Positions 10,701 through 19,738 of a stretch of DNA of 64,000 nt are shown here, piece by piece. The stretch is from contig CACKMK010000002.1 of the NCBI GenBank assembly GCA_902601345.1, forward strand, positions 43,571 through 107,570, in the 5' to 3' direction. Made by a program: the position numbers and the translations under genes. Each line of letters opens with the position of its first letter. Within the stretch, counting starts at the first letter, position 1. The notes under the pieces were generated by a model. It was not told the origin of the DNA. It was given only the letters and a program-made list of their open reading frames with translations, and did no database searches. This stretch comes from an uncultured Candidatus Poseidoniales archaeon. Its GTDB lineage: Archaea; Thermoplasmatota; Poseidoniia; Poseidoniales; Thalassarchaeaceae.

Positions 10701-11689
10701 ATCTTTTGGTTAGATTCTACGAAATGCCACCATTCTACATAGCCAAGAACCCAGAAGACATTGTTGGGCATATCGCGATTGGGCTTGCGCCCCATACCTC
10801 AGGAGGTGTAGCGTGCCGAATAATCGGGTGGACCGATGCGTCTGCAGGCTACGCCCACCCGCTATTTCATGCTGCGAAGAGGCGTAACTGCGATGGGGAC
10901 GAGGATAGCATAATGATGCTGATGGATGGTCTACTGAATTTTACACAGACCATCCTGCCTGCGAACAGGGGAGGTAGAATGGATGCCCCCCTAGTTCTGA
11001 CGACTCGTCTTAATCCCAGCGAAATCGACAAGGAGGCTTTGAACGTGGATTGCGCCTGGTTTTACAGCAGAGATTTCTTTGAGTCTACTCTAGACCAGCC
11101 ACATCCAAAGGATATCAGGGACCTGATGGACATTGTAGAGGACCGTCTCGGGATGATTGGTGAAATTAGAGGCTACGGATGGACTCACGATTCTGGACCA
11201 TTGGACGCTGGTCCGGAGAATTCCTCATACAAGACGCTAGTCACGATGAAGGACAAGTTAGACAGACAACTGAGTCTAGGCAAGACTCTACGCCCAGTTG
11301 CTGCAGATAGAGTTGCCAAACAGGTAATCGAATCGCACTTCCTACCAGACATGAGGGGCAATCTGATGGCATACACTAGGCAGAAAATAAGATGTGTGAA
11401 GTGCGGCGAGTCATACCGGAGGATGCCGCTAGCGGGAAAGTGTATCAAGAATAAGCCGGCATCTGGTGGATTCTCAGGTGGAGAATTAGATTCGGGTTGC
11501 GGAGGGAACGTTGTACTGACTGTCTCTGAGGGCGCTGTTAGGAAGTACATCCAGATAACGGAGGACATCATGAATGAATTCGGAATAGATGACTACACAA
11601 AGCACAGGGTTGGGTGGATGTCTTCAAGCGTGGACTCGTTGTTCAATAATGACAAGGTTACCGTGATGACCCTTGAGGACTTCATCTAA
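7757..11689 (+). CDS. polC: DNA polymerase II (PolD) large subunit DP2
   Basis: 1310 aa with the archaeal DP2 hallmarks: CPVMINGEETERMECAGY, and Cys clusters CQKCGKETPHVTCHH and CVKCGESYRRMPLAGKC. No intein-like insertion is apparent. The true start may be MSKNIRAEE at about 7856. Confidence 0.9.
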   Translation: MKIAFIEVNFEQDDGECSWTASSEWLVLSRGEGMSKNIRAEEIDVKRLEIERSDYYESLDKEIEEAYTIAAEAKKKGLDFSESVEIPRASDLASRTEKLLEDPYLYVDPDQRAKQPLKIEGYLRELLQKHDRESAAIMIAIHVTKEMHSATGDRRRAIDSGLRVGLAVLTEAVLVAPLDGIGEVRIMSNSDGSEFLSIDFCGPIRAAGGTAQALGVLIGDILRREIGVGRYIPTVPEVERVKEEFGLYRANLQFKPEPEETDLIVNECPVMINGEETERMECAGYKEVRNIVNDNGSFRTRVRGGVMLVIAEGLCLKAPKIRSHTERLGVPGWDFISKFADKKKDGKSETTELKSRVLEKEGRYMEDVIAGRPVFGEPREPGGFRLRYGRSRATGLAAAGLNPITMEALGGFLSVGTQMKIEGPGKACAVTPCVDIDGPTVLLRNGEFVRVGSQEEWKRCEGELLSIWDAGEILLGYGEFLENNKSLSPSSYSVDWWSVDLADSLDSHEKIESFAEIIGVKVGKLPPGMPFNGAISRGGESRLERSLRKRSWISYLKSLELSWDMVKEICESFGTAVPPPWNLWWSDLPIQFLPPLANEIESYGKIEGSSLRIGKSVEGWPYSFDKDSIGLANPILGEWPRWTEVYRHGLVKSSLMTLGLVHHHEGSDIVIPLHWEGLLDGLGLGEADGRIIVRREVDSLVSQTVGKISEVLNSKKKEDREKRAVDDYLVERSLSLVRKVSELPRWEDSVPCRIGARMGRPEKSGVREMSPMVHSLFPIGENGGPQRLVSEASSRGAIRVTVGPRICQKCGKETPHVTCHHRPDPKEPIECGGRTLEGPSRNRRGRRKGEITAVNLGSILEVKRRRLGLDRIPSKIKAVKGLVSKDQAPEQIEKGILRGLHGLSVFRDGTARFDMSDVPVTHFRPSEIGTSWKRLVELGYTHDHVGEPLKNDEQLLELLPQDFIPSRLASNHLLSTCSFVDDLLVRFYEMPPFYIAKNPEDIVGHIAIGLAPHTSGGVACRIIGWTDASAGYAHPLFHAAKRRNCDGDEDSIMMLMDGLLNFTQTILPANRGGRMDAPLVLTTRLNPSEIDKEALNVDCAWFYSRDFFESTLDQPHPKDIRDLMDIVEDRLGMIGEIRGYGWTHDSGPLDAGPENSSYKTLVTMKDKLDRQLSLGKTLRPVAADRVAKQVIESHFLPDMRGNLMAYTRQKIRCVKCGESYRRMPLAGKCIKNKPASGGFSGGELDSGCGGNVVLTVSEGAVRKYIQITEDIMNEFGIDDYTKHRVGWMSSSVDSLFNNDKVTVMTLEDFI

Positions 11690-12686
11690 TCAGGTATGAC
11701 AGAGGGTCTCCAAGAAGGAGCATTGGTAGTATTGCCAAGAAGAGGTAGACTAGAAATGGATGCTTGGTTGTTATCCAGACACTGTCCAAGCCCAATTCCT
11801 CGAGAAGCTCGAACTGCTTGTCCTTGTCATGGGCATTTGATAATCTCCTAGAGGGAAGTATCCGATCTACTGGACTCATCTCTCCGTTTTTCTCAATGAC
11901 CTCAGTCAGAATCCAAGATTGGTATGATTCAGAATCTGGGGCTTCCTTGAGATCTGAGATTCTTCTCTTCGTGGCGTGCCACGCCATCTTAAGATCTGAT
12001 AGTGAAGAAATATTGCCCCTCGCGGTGTTTTGAACGAAGATTATTGGTGGTGCAATCAGAAATGCAGCAGCGGCCCATATGAAGAGTACCATTGACGGGG
12101 GCATTCGGAATAGTGGGTCTTCCACCAGAGGGTACATCTGATCTGGCACGAATGCCCACGAGGGAAACACCAGAGTTACGAGAATCAGCGCCTTTACATC
12201 CGCTCCTCCTTGAATTAGCCCTATCCTCCATGAGCCATAGAAAATCGCAGAGGTCAGGAAAGCACCGTTCATACTCCACCAGAGAGTCGTTTCCTTTGAT
12301 TCATCGCCCAGAACCAAATCAACGAAATTTGTATCCGAGTAGACGTTCGCTCCGTACACGAATCCAACTAAACCCAGCGCATACACCACCGATAGGAGAG
12401 CCTGGTTTTGATTCCAATCCCTGAAATCTCGTGGATCCGGTGGGCCAGAGAAGCAGAAAGAATAGACTGCGACCAACGAGAATACCATGCATAGGTTGGC
12501 AATACCCATGTTCTCGGATACTATCTCCACCAAGAGGATGAGTACAACCGGGACAGACCATCTGACCCAGTGACTGTTCCTGACTGATAGTGTCTCCAAG
12601 TCTGAGCGTGCTGCAATGGCCATCATGATAGTTAGGGCCGAGATTCTCAGAGTGGACAGTAGGGGGTCGGCCACGATTGTTGACAA
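11682..12686 (-). CDS. flaK: Preflagellin (class III signal) peptidase, A24 family, FlaK/ArlK-like
   Basis: A polytopic membrane protein with an N-terminal AARSDLETLSVRN (first catalytic Asp region) and GGADVKALILV (GGxDxK second catalytic Asp motif). It lies directly downstream of flaJ. Confidence 0.6.
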   Translation of the reverse strand: MSTIVADPLLSTLRISALTIMMAIAARSDLETLSVRNSHWVRWSVPVVLILLVEIVSENMGIANLCMVFSLVAVYSFCFSGPPDPRDFRDWNQNQALLSVVYALGLVGFVYGANVYSDTNFVDLVLGDESKETTLWWSMNGAFLTSAIFYGSWRIGLIQGGADVKALILVTLVFPSWAFVPDQMYPLVEDPLFRMPPSMVLFIWAAAAFLIAPPIIFVQNTARGNISSLSDLKMAWHATKRRISDLKEAPDSESYQSWILTEVIEKNGEMSPVDRILPSRRLSNAHDKDKQFELLEELGLDSVWITTKHPFLVYLFLAILPMLLLGDPLSYLIR

Positions 12687-12719
12687 ATGGCGAATGGCAT
12701 CAAGTCTTCTGCGCTATCG

Positions 12720-14522
12720 CTATGCTCCTGTCTGGAAAAGGCCCACTGACTGGTCCAGGATCCATGCGCTGAAGAAGTTCGCAAGACCTGCCACCCACAT
12801 CATCTGAATCATCTGTCCGAGGACCAGTGTGGTCCCGCCCCCTCTGATCCTAGCGGTTATGAGACCGAGAATGACAATTGAGATGACGATTAGGAAAGAT
12901 CCCATGTATTGGAAGACCCGGATATTCTGTTCAATCCCTCCTGTCTCTGCCAAAGCCGGTAACGCAACGTCTACGCCTCCGGCCGCGGTACCGACCTCAC
13001 CCGCTCCATCGACTAGTCCCTGAGCCACCGAAGCTATCGTCTCACCTAGACCGGCAATAATCGATGTAGTGATGTTGAGAGCGATAATCATCGCAATTAG
13101 GAGACCGTAGGAGACGCTCCTCATCACGTTGGCTGAAATCTGTCTCCTCTGCCTGAGCCCTAACAAACTAGTCGTACTCTGAGAGACCATGTCTCCAACC
13201 AGACCAGCCTCACCGGTGGAAGATGATCCCTCGATGAAAACCCTCGTGAACCTGGATACGAGCATTGAATTGTTGTCGGCTGCAAACCAATCCCATGAGT
13301 AGTCGCTGTCTATCCTCATGGACAGCCTCTTCTCAAGATTGGAGATTGAGTCGTCTAGGGCTCCGAAATCGATACCTGACAGCGCCTTTACCATGGCGCT
13401 GGGTTCCTGGGCCCTGGCTTGTGCAGTTCCTCCGAAGGCTCGAATGAACTCTGGGAAAGCGTCGTCCCTCCTTCTCACTCTTGTCTCCTCCTGAAGGGTT
13501 AGTAGGGCTGGTGCGAGCAGTGGCGACATCATAGCAGCAATCACCAGAAGTCCGAAGTAGTTCCACTGTTCGAACAGGATATCCGTCCCGTAGACAATGA
13601 AGACTGTGGAAATGAGTAATACCATTATCGTACCGAGTATGCCCGCAAAAATCCACGATCTACGCATGTCAATCGCCTGTTCTGTGTTGAATCCGTGTTT
13701 GGCGAAGAGGTCCTCGTCCGGAATAACCAGAGTGAATAGGTACCATGCTCCAATCTGTAGCAACGCGAAGAGTGTCCCCGTGAGGAGAACCCACCTCGCT
13801 CTTATTATCACCTCGAACGGATTCGATGTCTCCGCTCCCGTCTGGAAGAGTATGAGATGAAGGCCGGAAACCACTAGGAGAAGAAGCCCTGTTGTAGTCA
13901 GGGACACGAAGGTCTCCCTCAGAGTATCCAACTGCTCAAGCCTAGCATCGTAGATGGTGGTATAGGCCTGCTCGAAGGTCTCGTTCTCACTGGAGAAGAA
14001 CTCCCCGATTGGTTGCCCCACTTCCACGGAGAAGGCCATCCTGTCTAGGAAGTCGCTCCATATAGCCGACGGGCTCTGTCTTCCGACTATTCTTGCTGCC
14101 TCGGGTAGGTTAGTATGCCATTTGGTGACTAGGGTCTCTATCGCTTGGATCTCGTGAGCCAGTGCTCCGTAGTCACCCATCTCCTTCAGTACGTCGAACA
14201 TCCCCTTCTCGGCCGACTCTCCCATGGAAAGAATCCCCATCCTCGTCATGAACATGTGCATATCTTGCTCTATCTGGATTGCCTCTGCTGAAACCTGTGC
14301 CACCGGATAAGCAAGAGTGCCGGCAAAGGCCAGTGCCGGGAATAAGAGAATCATGAGTACTGCGGAAGGTCCCGTAATGACATCGCTCACGGTATACCAG
14401 ACTGCAATACCGGCGACTAGCCCCACTAAGGACACTGGCAGTGCGAAGAAAAGGAGGTAGTTCCTGAATGGCATTCCCAGACGGAGGAGTGCGATCTCCC
14501 ATGTGCTGGCCTTGTCCTCCAT
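12720..14522 (-). CDS. flaJ: Archaellum assembly membrane protein FlaJ/ArlJ (TadC/GspF-like)
   Basis: 600 aa with two polytopic domains, beginning MEDKASTWEIALLRLGMPFRNYLLFF. It sits immediately downstream of flaI. Confidence 0.75.
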   Translation of the reverse strand: MEDKASTWEIALLRLGMPFRNYLLFFALPVSLVGLVAGIAVWYTVSDVITGPSAVLMILLFPALAFAGTLAYPVAQVSAEAIQIEQDMHMFMTRMGILSMGESAEKGMFDVLKEMGDYGALAHEIQAIETLVTKWHTNLPEAARIVGRQSPSAIWSDFLDRMAFSVEVGQPIGEFFSSENETFEQAYTTIYDARLEQLDTLRETFVSLTTTGLLLLVVSGLHLILFQTGAETSNPFEVIIRARWVLLTGTLFALLQIGAWYLFTLVIPDEDLFAKHGFNTEQAIDMRRSWIFAGILGTIMVLLISTVFIVYGTDILFEQWNYFGLLVIAAMMSPLLAPALLTLQEETRVRRRDDAFPEFIRAFGGTAQARAQEPSAMVKALSGIDFGALDDSISNLEKRLSMRIDSDYSWDWFAADNNSMLVSRFTRVFIEGSSSTGEAGLVGDMVSQSTTSLLGLRQRRQISANVMRSVSYGLLIAMIIALNITTSIIAGLGETIASVAQGLVDGAGEVGTAAGGVDVALPALAETGGIEQNIRVFQYMGSFLIVISIVILGLITARIRGGGTTLVLGQMIQMMWVAGLANFFSAWILDQSVGLFQTGA

Positions 14523-14534
14523 ATGGAATCATTC

Positions 14535-16283
14535 CTAGTGATTGATTCCCGTCCAGGTCTCCAGTGCGGATGCAAACCTGTCCCAACCCTCTTTGTAGTA
14601 CACGTCTAATAAATCAAAAACGTCATCGTAGTGAGTTAGGTCTCTGTCGCACATCCTCTGGATGGCCTCTGTCCTTCTCTGCAACTCATCGTAGATGTCT
14701 CGCTTGCTCCGGAATCCCATCCTAGGGGCGATCTTGTTCTCCAGCATATCGGACTGGAACATCCCTCTGAAGTAGACCTCATCCGCCACTGGATCCCATT
14801 CGAACATATTTCTGGTGAGGATACCGTCAGCGGTCTTGTCGAATCCAATCACCTCGCTGACGCCGGTTATCCTCCTGGCTATACCCCCTCCTGGGGCTTC
14901 GACCACTTCCTGGAAGATTGCGAAGTTCAGGTTGTCGAAGAATCGGGCTGGGACGTTAATCGGGTCTCCTGTGAATCTCTGGATAAGCTTGACGATGTTA
15001 GAGGCGTGGAAGGTACCGACCACGGGGTGCCCTGTCTGCATAGCTTGGAAGGCGATTGCTCCCTCTACCCCCCTGATCTCCCCTATTATGATGTATCGGG
15101 GCCTGGATCTTAGTGCTGCCTTGAGCAGATCGAACATCTCCACTCTGGAGTCCTCATTCTTTGAGTCCCTGGTGATTAGCCTCTGCCATATTGTGTGAGC
15201 CACCTTGACCTCAGGAGTGTCCTCTGCTGTGTATATCTTGACATTGTGATCTATGAATGGGAGTACCGCGTTCAGCGTGGTGGTCTTTCCTGAGGCCGTC
15301 TCCCCCGAGACCAGCATGGACATCCCGGACTCCAGACCAAGCCAGATATATGCGGCCATCTGGGCGGATAGTGTCTTCCACTTGATCAACTGGATGATGG
15401 ATATGGTCTCCTCAGCGAACTTCCTTATCGTGAATGAAGAACCCTGGATAGAGACATCGTCGCTGTAGATTATGTTGATTCTAGAACCATCCAGCAGGGC
15501 ACCGTCGACAATCGGCTTGCTGTCAGATACTGGCCTCCCTATCCTTTCTGACATTGACCTCAGGTACTTGGTGAGAAGCTCCTGATCCCTGAATGCGATG
15601 TTTGAGGTAAGCATCGGGAAGACCTTGTGATCCATATTTATCCGAGATAGCCCGATCGAGTGAATATCCTCCAGCATCTCGTCGGCTAGAAGTGTCTCTA
15701 GAGGGCCGTTGTTAACTAGGTCCCTGACCACCACGTACTTGAGCCGATCGAGTTGTTCTGGTGTGACCTTGATTGGGGCCTCGCCCATGCCTATCAGTTC
15801 CCTTGCTTGGTTCACAACTGGATTGGAGAGAAGTGACGATGAAGTGGTGGTGGTCATCTCATCCATCATTTCGTGAATCATTGCGATGAATTCCTCGTCA
15901 TTGTCGAATCGCTCCTTCTGGGGAGCGTCTCTGAGGAGCCTTTCCACGATACGGTCCCTGATTTCGTCCTCCTCGTCTGTGATAGTTGGCTCTAGCCCGA
16001 ACCAGAAGGTGTTCCCTGCTCCTTCGGCTCCCTCAGGAGGGGAGTAGACATGTGCGAAGCAAGGAGGCTTTGTGGCGTAAATCAGGTTACGGGGGCTGAC
16101 GCTCTTCGCATCCCTGTCCAGAGGGCCATAGTAAATCGGCCTGGACCCGTGTTCTGCCTCGAACTGCTCGACCCATTCGCGGATATGTGGGTACTCGGCC
16201 ATGAGGCCACCGAGGTCGCCAGGCTCGATATTGAACTCTGGCTGTTTTCGGTCATCTTCGCTGGACTCTTGCTCGGTAACCAT
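14535..16283 (-). CDS. flaI: Archaellum ATPase FlaI/ArlI (type II/IV secretion ATPase family)
   Basis: Walker A LVSGETASGKTTTLNA. 582 aa, the typical FlaI size and operon position. Confidence 0.9.
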   Translation of the reverse strand: MVTEQESSEDDRKQPEFNIEPGDLGGLMAEYPHIREWVEQFEAEHGSRPIYYGPLDRDAKSVSPRNLIYATKPPCFAHVYSPPEGAEGAGNTFWFGLEPTITDEEDEIRDRIVERLLRDAPQKERFDNDEEFIAMIHEMMDEMTTTTSSSLLSNPVVNQARELIGMGEAPIKVTPEQLDRLKYVVVRDLVNNGPLETLLADEMLEDIHSIGLSRINMDHKVFPMLTSNIAFRDQELLTKYLRSMSERIGRPVSDSKPIVDGALLDGSRINIIYSDDVSIQGSSFTIRKFAEETISIIQLIKWKTLSAQMAAYIWLGLESGMSMLVSGETASGKTTTLNAVLPFIDHNVKIYTAEDTPEVKVAHTIWQRLITRDSKNEDSRVEMFDLLKAALRSRPRYIIIGEIRGVEGAIAFQAMQTGHPVVGTFHASNIVKLIQRFTGDPINVPARFFDNLNFAIFQEVVEAPGGGIARRITGVSEVIGFDKTADGILTRNMFEWDPVADEVYFRGMFQSDMLENKIAPRMGFRSKRDIYDELQRRTEAIQRMCDRDLTHYDDVFDLLDVYYKEGWDRFASALETWTGINH

Positions 16284-16293
16284 TCAATCAACC

Positions 16294-16992
16294 TCATGCT
16301 ACAGCTGTGATATCCACGATGAATCCCATCTCGGGCATAACCTTCCATCCGATTCTCTCAGTCACTGGTCCCGCGGCTCGAAGGAATCGAGTGACGCTGA
16401 CGGTCCTGACAAGCTGTCCACCAACGACTGCGGTCATCATATCCAGCACGACCTCAGCGGAGTTCTTCATGTCCCTGAGGGTGTGGCTGTCCATCTCTTC
16501 GGGATCAATCGTCAATATCAGGGTACGACCCTCTGAGGTGAACTTCCGGAGAACCCTCAAAAGCTCCTTGCTCGACATATCATCTGGCATCAGCTCTGAG
16601 GCCCTGTCAATGATTACCACGTCTGCCTCCTTCGAGGCCGGTGACTCAAGTAGATTCAGCAGGGTTACTGGCTCTTCGGATGGTTCGGCAATGACTCCGA
16701 AGCTGGAAATCAGGTGGAATGATCCCTCGTCGATCCTCTTGTCCATGTAGTATCCGATGCTGGAAACCTGCTCAAGCCAGCCCCTCGTGGTTAGCTCGGT
16801 GGTGTATAGTGAGACTTTGACGTCGTTCGCTGTCATTCCGAATGACATTCGCTGTCCAATGATGCTCTTTCCGGAGCCAATGCCTCCGCAAACGAGCATC
16901 AGTGCCCTATTCGGGATGGCAGTCCCCATGCTCTGCCCCAGGCTGTCCTGGATTACCCCGAACTCGAAATTGTCGACGTTAGCTTGTGACAA
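16294..16992 (-). CDS. flaH: Archaellum KaiC/RecA-like ATP-binding protein FlaH/ArlH
   Basis: MLVCGGIGSGKSIIGQR is a Walker A in the KaiC-like fold. 232 aa, upstream of flaI. Confidence 0.8.
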   Translation of the reverse strand: MSQANVDNFEFGVIQDSLGQSMGTAIPNRALMLVCGGIGSGKSIIGQRMSFGMTANDVKVSLYTTELTTRGWLEQVSSIGYYMDKRIDEGSFHLISSFGVIAEPSEEPVTLLNLLESPASKEADVVIIDRASELMPDDMSSKELLRVLRKFTSEGRTLILTIDPEEMDSHTLRDMKNSAEVVLDMMTAVVGGQLVRTVSVTRFLRAAGPVTERIGWKVMPEMGFIVDITAVA

Positions 16993-17458
16993 GTCTTACT
17001 TCCTCCGAAACTGTGTATGCCCCAGCGTAACCCGTTGCAGTCGATACAACCGTTATTGTCATTATTACATCATTGGTGCCGGTGTAGCTGAGGGTATCGC
17101 TGGTATCGTCGACTGTGAACTGGACGATCTGCCCTTGTACCCAAGTCGTAGAACCGTCTGCGACTGACACGGTCATTGGGGTCCCCTCGATGTAGACTCC
17201 TATGGTTTCTAGGTCCAATTGCGTCTCGCCGGAATTCTGAATGTACAGTGTTGCCCTCTTCTCTGTGTCATCCCAACCTACATTGCTTGGGTCATTGACT
17301 AGGGATGCTCTGGTACGGACGTCCTCAGCGCCCTCCTTGCCCCTATCCTCGATTGCAGAGTCCATGTCCCCCCATGTGTCCAGGAGTACGCCTGAAACTA
17401 GGCCTGCTACTATCAACCCGGCAATGAGGAGAATGATCTCTGAGGGTCCGTTAGCCAT
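16979..17458 (-). CDS. flaG: Archaellum protein FlaG/ArlG-like
   Basis: 159 aa with an N-terminal TM helix (IILLIAGLIVAGLVSGVLL) and a beta-rich domain, in the position between flaF and flaH. Confidence 0.5.
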   Translation of the reverse strand: MANGPSEIILLIAGLIVAGLVSGVLLDTWGDMDSAIEDRGKEGAEDVRTRASLVNDPSNVGWDDTEKRATLYIQNSGETQLDLETIGVYIEGTPMTVSVADGSTTWVQGQIVQFTVDDTSDTLSYTGTNDVIMTITVVSTATGYAGAYTVSEEVRLVTS

Positions 17459-17469
17459 CTATTCTCACC

Positions 17470-18234
17470 TCATGAAATTGTTACCGAAACCGCGTCGTTG
17501 TAGTCGTATATGGCTAGGAATGCCCTGTCTGGGTCTGCGTCTACAGAGAATCCATGGCTTGCCAAGGATAAAGGGAATGGCTCTGTGGATATCTCCTCAC
17601 CGGGGAAGAGGTACAGGTTTCCCCCGGTATAGTGGTCTGTGAACTGGAATGGTATGCCCTGTTGAATAGGGGAGGTGTCCGAGAGCGTAATCACCACGTG
17701 AGACAATTCAACCGTCTCTGAGCCTGTGTTGCTGATGGATATGGTATTCTGGTCCTCGATCGCTGTGATTGTGTAGGTGGCTGTTCCATCGGAGCCATCG
17801 GAGCCGCAGTCTATCGTCACGACCTCGGCAACGGCGTATCCGTTTCCTGGTACAAGGGTGGCACCGTTGTATCCATCAACCTCACCATCGCCATTAGCAT
17901 CGAGGATTTCGATAGTTGCCCCAGCGCCTGAGGAGCTGCTGACTAGGTCGCATGTTGTCCCTGAGATGTAGTCGCTGCCCCCGGAGTTTACTCCACCCGT
18001 CCAAGAAAGGGTGGAGACTGGCCCCGTTGACTCCTGCTTGTCAGTGACGCTCACTATCACGACCTCAGGGTCGGGTAGCTCGTAATCCGTGTTCTTGATC
18101 GACTCGTTGACGCTGTCGACCAGTGTGACGGTGGCCATTCCGAAGATCATTATGAAGACGGTGCCGACGACCATCGCAGCTACGCTAGAACCAGCCAATA
18201 CCCATCCCCCTATGGAGTCCCCTGGGCCCTCCAA
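17470..18234 (-). CDS. flaF: Archaellum protein FlaF/ArlF-like
   Basis: 254 aa with an N-terminal TM helix (VLAGSSVAAMVVGTVFIMIFG) and a beta-sandwich-like C-terminus, in the position between flaCDE and flaG. Confidence 0.5.
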   Translation of the reverse strand: MEGPGDSIGGWVLAGSSVAAMVVGTVFIMIFGMATVTLVDSVNESIKNTDYELPDPEVVIVSVTDKQESTGPVSTLSWTGGVNSGGSDYISGTTCDLVSSSSGAGATIEILDANGDGEVDGYNGATLVPGNGYAVAEVVTIDCGSDGSDGTATYTITAIEDQNTISISNTGSETVELSHVVITLSDTSPIQQGIPFQFTDHYTGGNLYLFPGEEISTEPFPLSLASHGFSVDADPDRAFLAIYDYNDAVSVTIS

Positions 18235-19028
18235 GCCTCGATCATCGCTGCGAAGGTCAGGAGCGTCCTGTTGTCAACCGCTGGTGCTCCCTCTGACTCT
18301 GCCCCGGCCTCTGCCAGCGCGGCGATTGAGCTCAGCGCCTTCTCCTCTGCCGCGGTGATCACTCCCGACTTGGAGGCGGCCTTTAGGAATCCCAGCGTGT
18401 CTGCCCCGCTCATGTTGTCGAGCAGAAGGGCTACTATCTTGGTGGGGTCAACTGACGGCCCGTGCATCAAGGCGTCTGCCTCCCCGCTCTTCAGGAAGGG
18501 GTTGACTGCCAAGGACTGGGCCTCGTAGAGGTCTAGGAGGCCCGGGCCTCCGGCCTTTCCACCGTGGGATAGAGGCCCTTCGACCTCGGACGCGGGAGAG
18601 TCTGCGGGTCGGCTAGTGACCTCTCCGTCATCGCCCACGGTGTGGATCACGTCCTGGGAAGCGCCTGCGGAGGCGCTAGCCGCAGATACCGAATCGGCTG
18701 CTATCTTCGCTGTCTGCTGGGCGGTCATCTTGATGTTGGCCTCCATCAGGTCCATTGCCGTCTCCAGCCTCTCGAACCTGTCCTTGACCATGTCCACCAG
18801 CTCCGGGATCTTGTCCTGCCCCTGGCTCGCCTGAGGGTCGCCGAGAACCCCGACCCTGGTCCCGGAGGGGGCGAAAAGCCACGCCTCTAGGTCCGTCGGC
18901 CTGAACTCGGTTGGGATGTCCACGTGCTCGACGCTTAGCCTGGCTACCTTGTCCAGCCTGGATGACATCCCGGGGTCGGCATCGGAGGAGCCACTAGAGC
19001 CAGACCTGAATTTGTCTAGTAATCCCAT
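18210..19028 (-). CDS. Archaellum accessory protein, FlaC/D/E-like
   Basis: 272 aa, acidic and Ala/Ser-rich, directly downstream of the archaellins. Assigned by operon position and composition; no sharp motif. Confidence 0.4.
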   Translation of the reverse strand: MGLLDKFRSGSSGSSDADPGMSSRLDKVARLSVEHVDIPTEFRPTDLEAWLFAPSGTRVGVLGDPQASQGQDKIPELVDMVKDRFERLETAMDLMEANIKMTAQQTAKIAADSVSAASASAGASQDVIHTVGDDGEVTSRPADSPASEVEGPLSHGGKAGGPGLLDLYEAQSLAVNPFLKSGEADALMHGPSVDPTKIVALLLDNMSGADTLGFLKAASKSGVITAAEEKALSSIAALAEAGAESEGAPAVDNRTLLTFAAMIEAWRAQGTP

Positions 19029-19078
19029 TCCAACACCTCATGATCCCACCTCGCAAGGCACCTCTAACCCTAAAGGTC

Positions 19079-19738
19079 TCACATCATCGAGGAGCCCAAA
19101 GTCAGGGAGTGTACTGTAAACTCCGTTAGGGTCTCTCCACCGCCGTCTACGACTATGCGCATGTTCAGTGTCTCACCTTGGGTTGCAGTGGTGTCGCAAC
19201 CTGGGTTGACATCATCTGTGTCCACATCACCGTCACTGTCAACGTCCGAGTTTCCTAGGGTAACCGTGGTGTAGTAGGTGTTTCCGGCCGACAGCTCGGT
19301 AGTGCCGGCTATTGGAGTCTCGGTGATTATGCTGGATGCTGGGAGGGTTCCGTCGTCGAACCCGAGACCCAGTCCGGTGTGAGCGCTGAGATCGCACGTG
19401 ATATAGTAGGAGACGTCACCCGGGTAGATGCCGGTTGAACCGGACGATACCCTCCATACGACGTCGAACGTAGCCACGTGGCTTCCTGCTCCTATGTCGT
19501 CAGCGATGGTATTCACAATCAAGTCCGTGAGCGCGACCTTACCGGATATCTGCTGTCTGGTGTCGCTGCTGGTCTGCTCTGCGTTCTGCTGTAGCTCTTC
19601 GGCGGTCTTGATGATGATCGTCGAAGCAACTGCGGCCACTAGGATCAGGGCGATGAAGACGATCATCGCACCGATACCGATTGAGCCCGAGTCCTCTTTG
19701 TCCCTTGGAATTCTCTCGTTCATGCTATCGCCTCCCAT
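19079..19738 (-). CDS. flaB: Archaellin (FlaB/ArlB) paralog 2
   Basis: Class III signal peptide plus the conserved hydrophobic N-terminus GSIGIGAMIVFIALILVAAVASTIIIKTAEELQQNAEQTSSDTR. Confidence 0.85.
   Translation of the reverse strand: MGGDSMNERIPRDKEDSGSIGIGAMIVFIALILVAAVASTIIIKTAEELQQNAEQTSSDTRQQISGKVALTDLIVNTIADDIGAGSHVATFDVVWRVSSGSTGIYPGDVSYYITCDLSAHTGLGLGFDDGTLPASSIITETPIAGTTELSAGNTYYTTVTLGNSDVDSDGDVDTDDVNPGCDTTATQGETLNMRIVVDGGGETLTEFTVHSLTLGSSMM
19571..19711. repeat. About 140-bp direct repeat (copy A) encoding the identical archaellin N-terminal segment; copy B is at about 20209-20349
   Basis: The two nucleotide stretches are identical by eye: gtgtcgctgctggtctgctctgcgttctgctgtagctcttcggcggtcttgatgatgatcgtcgaagcaactgcggccactaggatcagggcgatgaagacgatcatcgcaccgataccgat. 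Confidence 0.8.

Noticed and set aside
7757-11689. Possible intein within PolD DP2
   Set aside because: The length (1310 aa) is in the range of intein-free DP2. I saw no large insertion or terminal Cys/Ser...HN splice-junction pattern interrupting conserved blocks.
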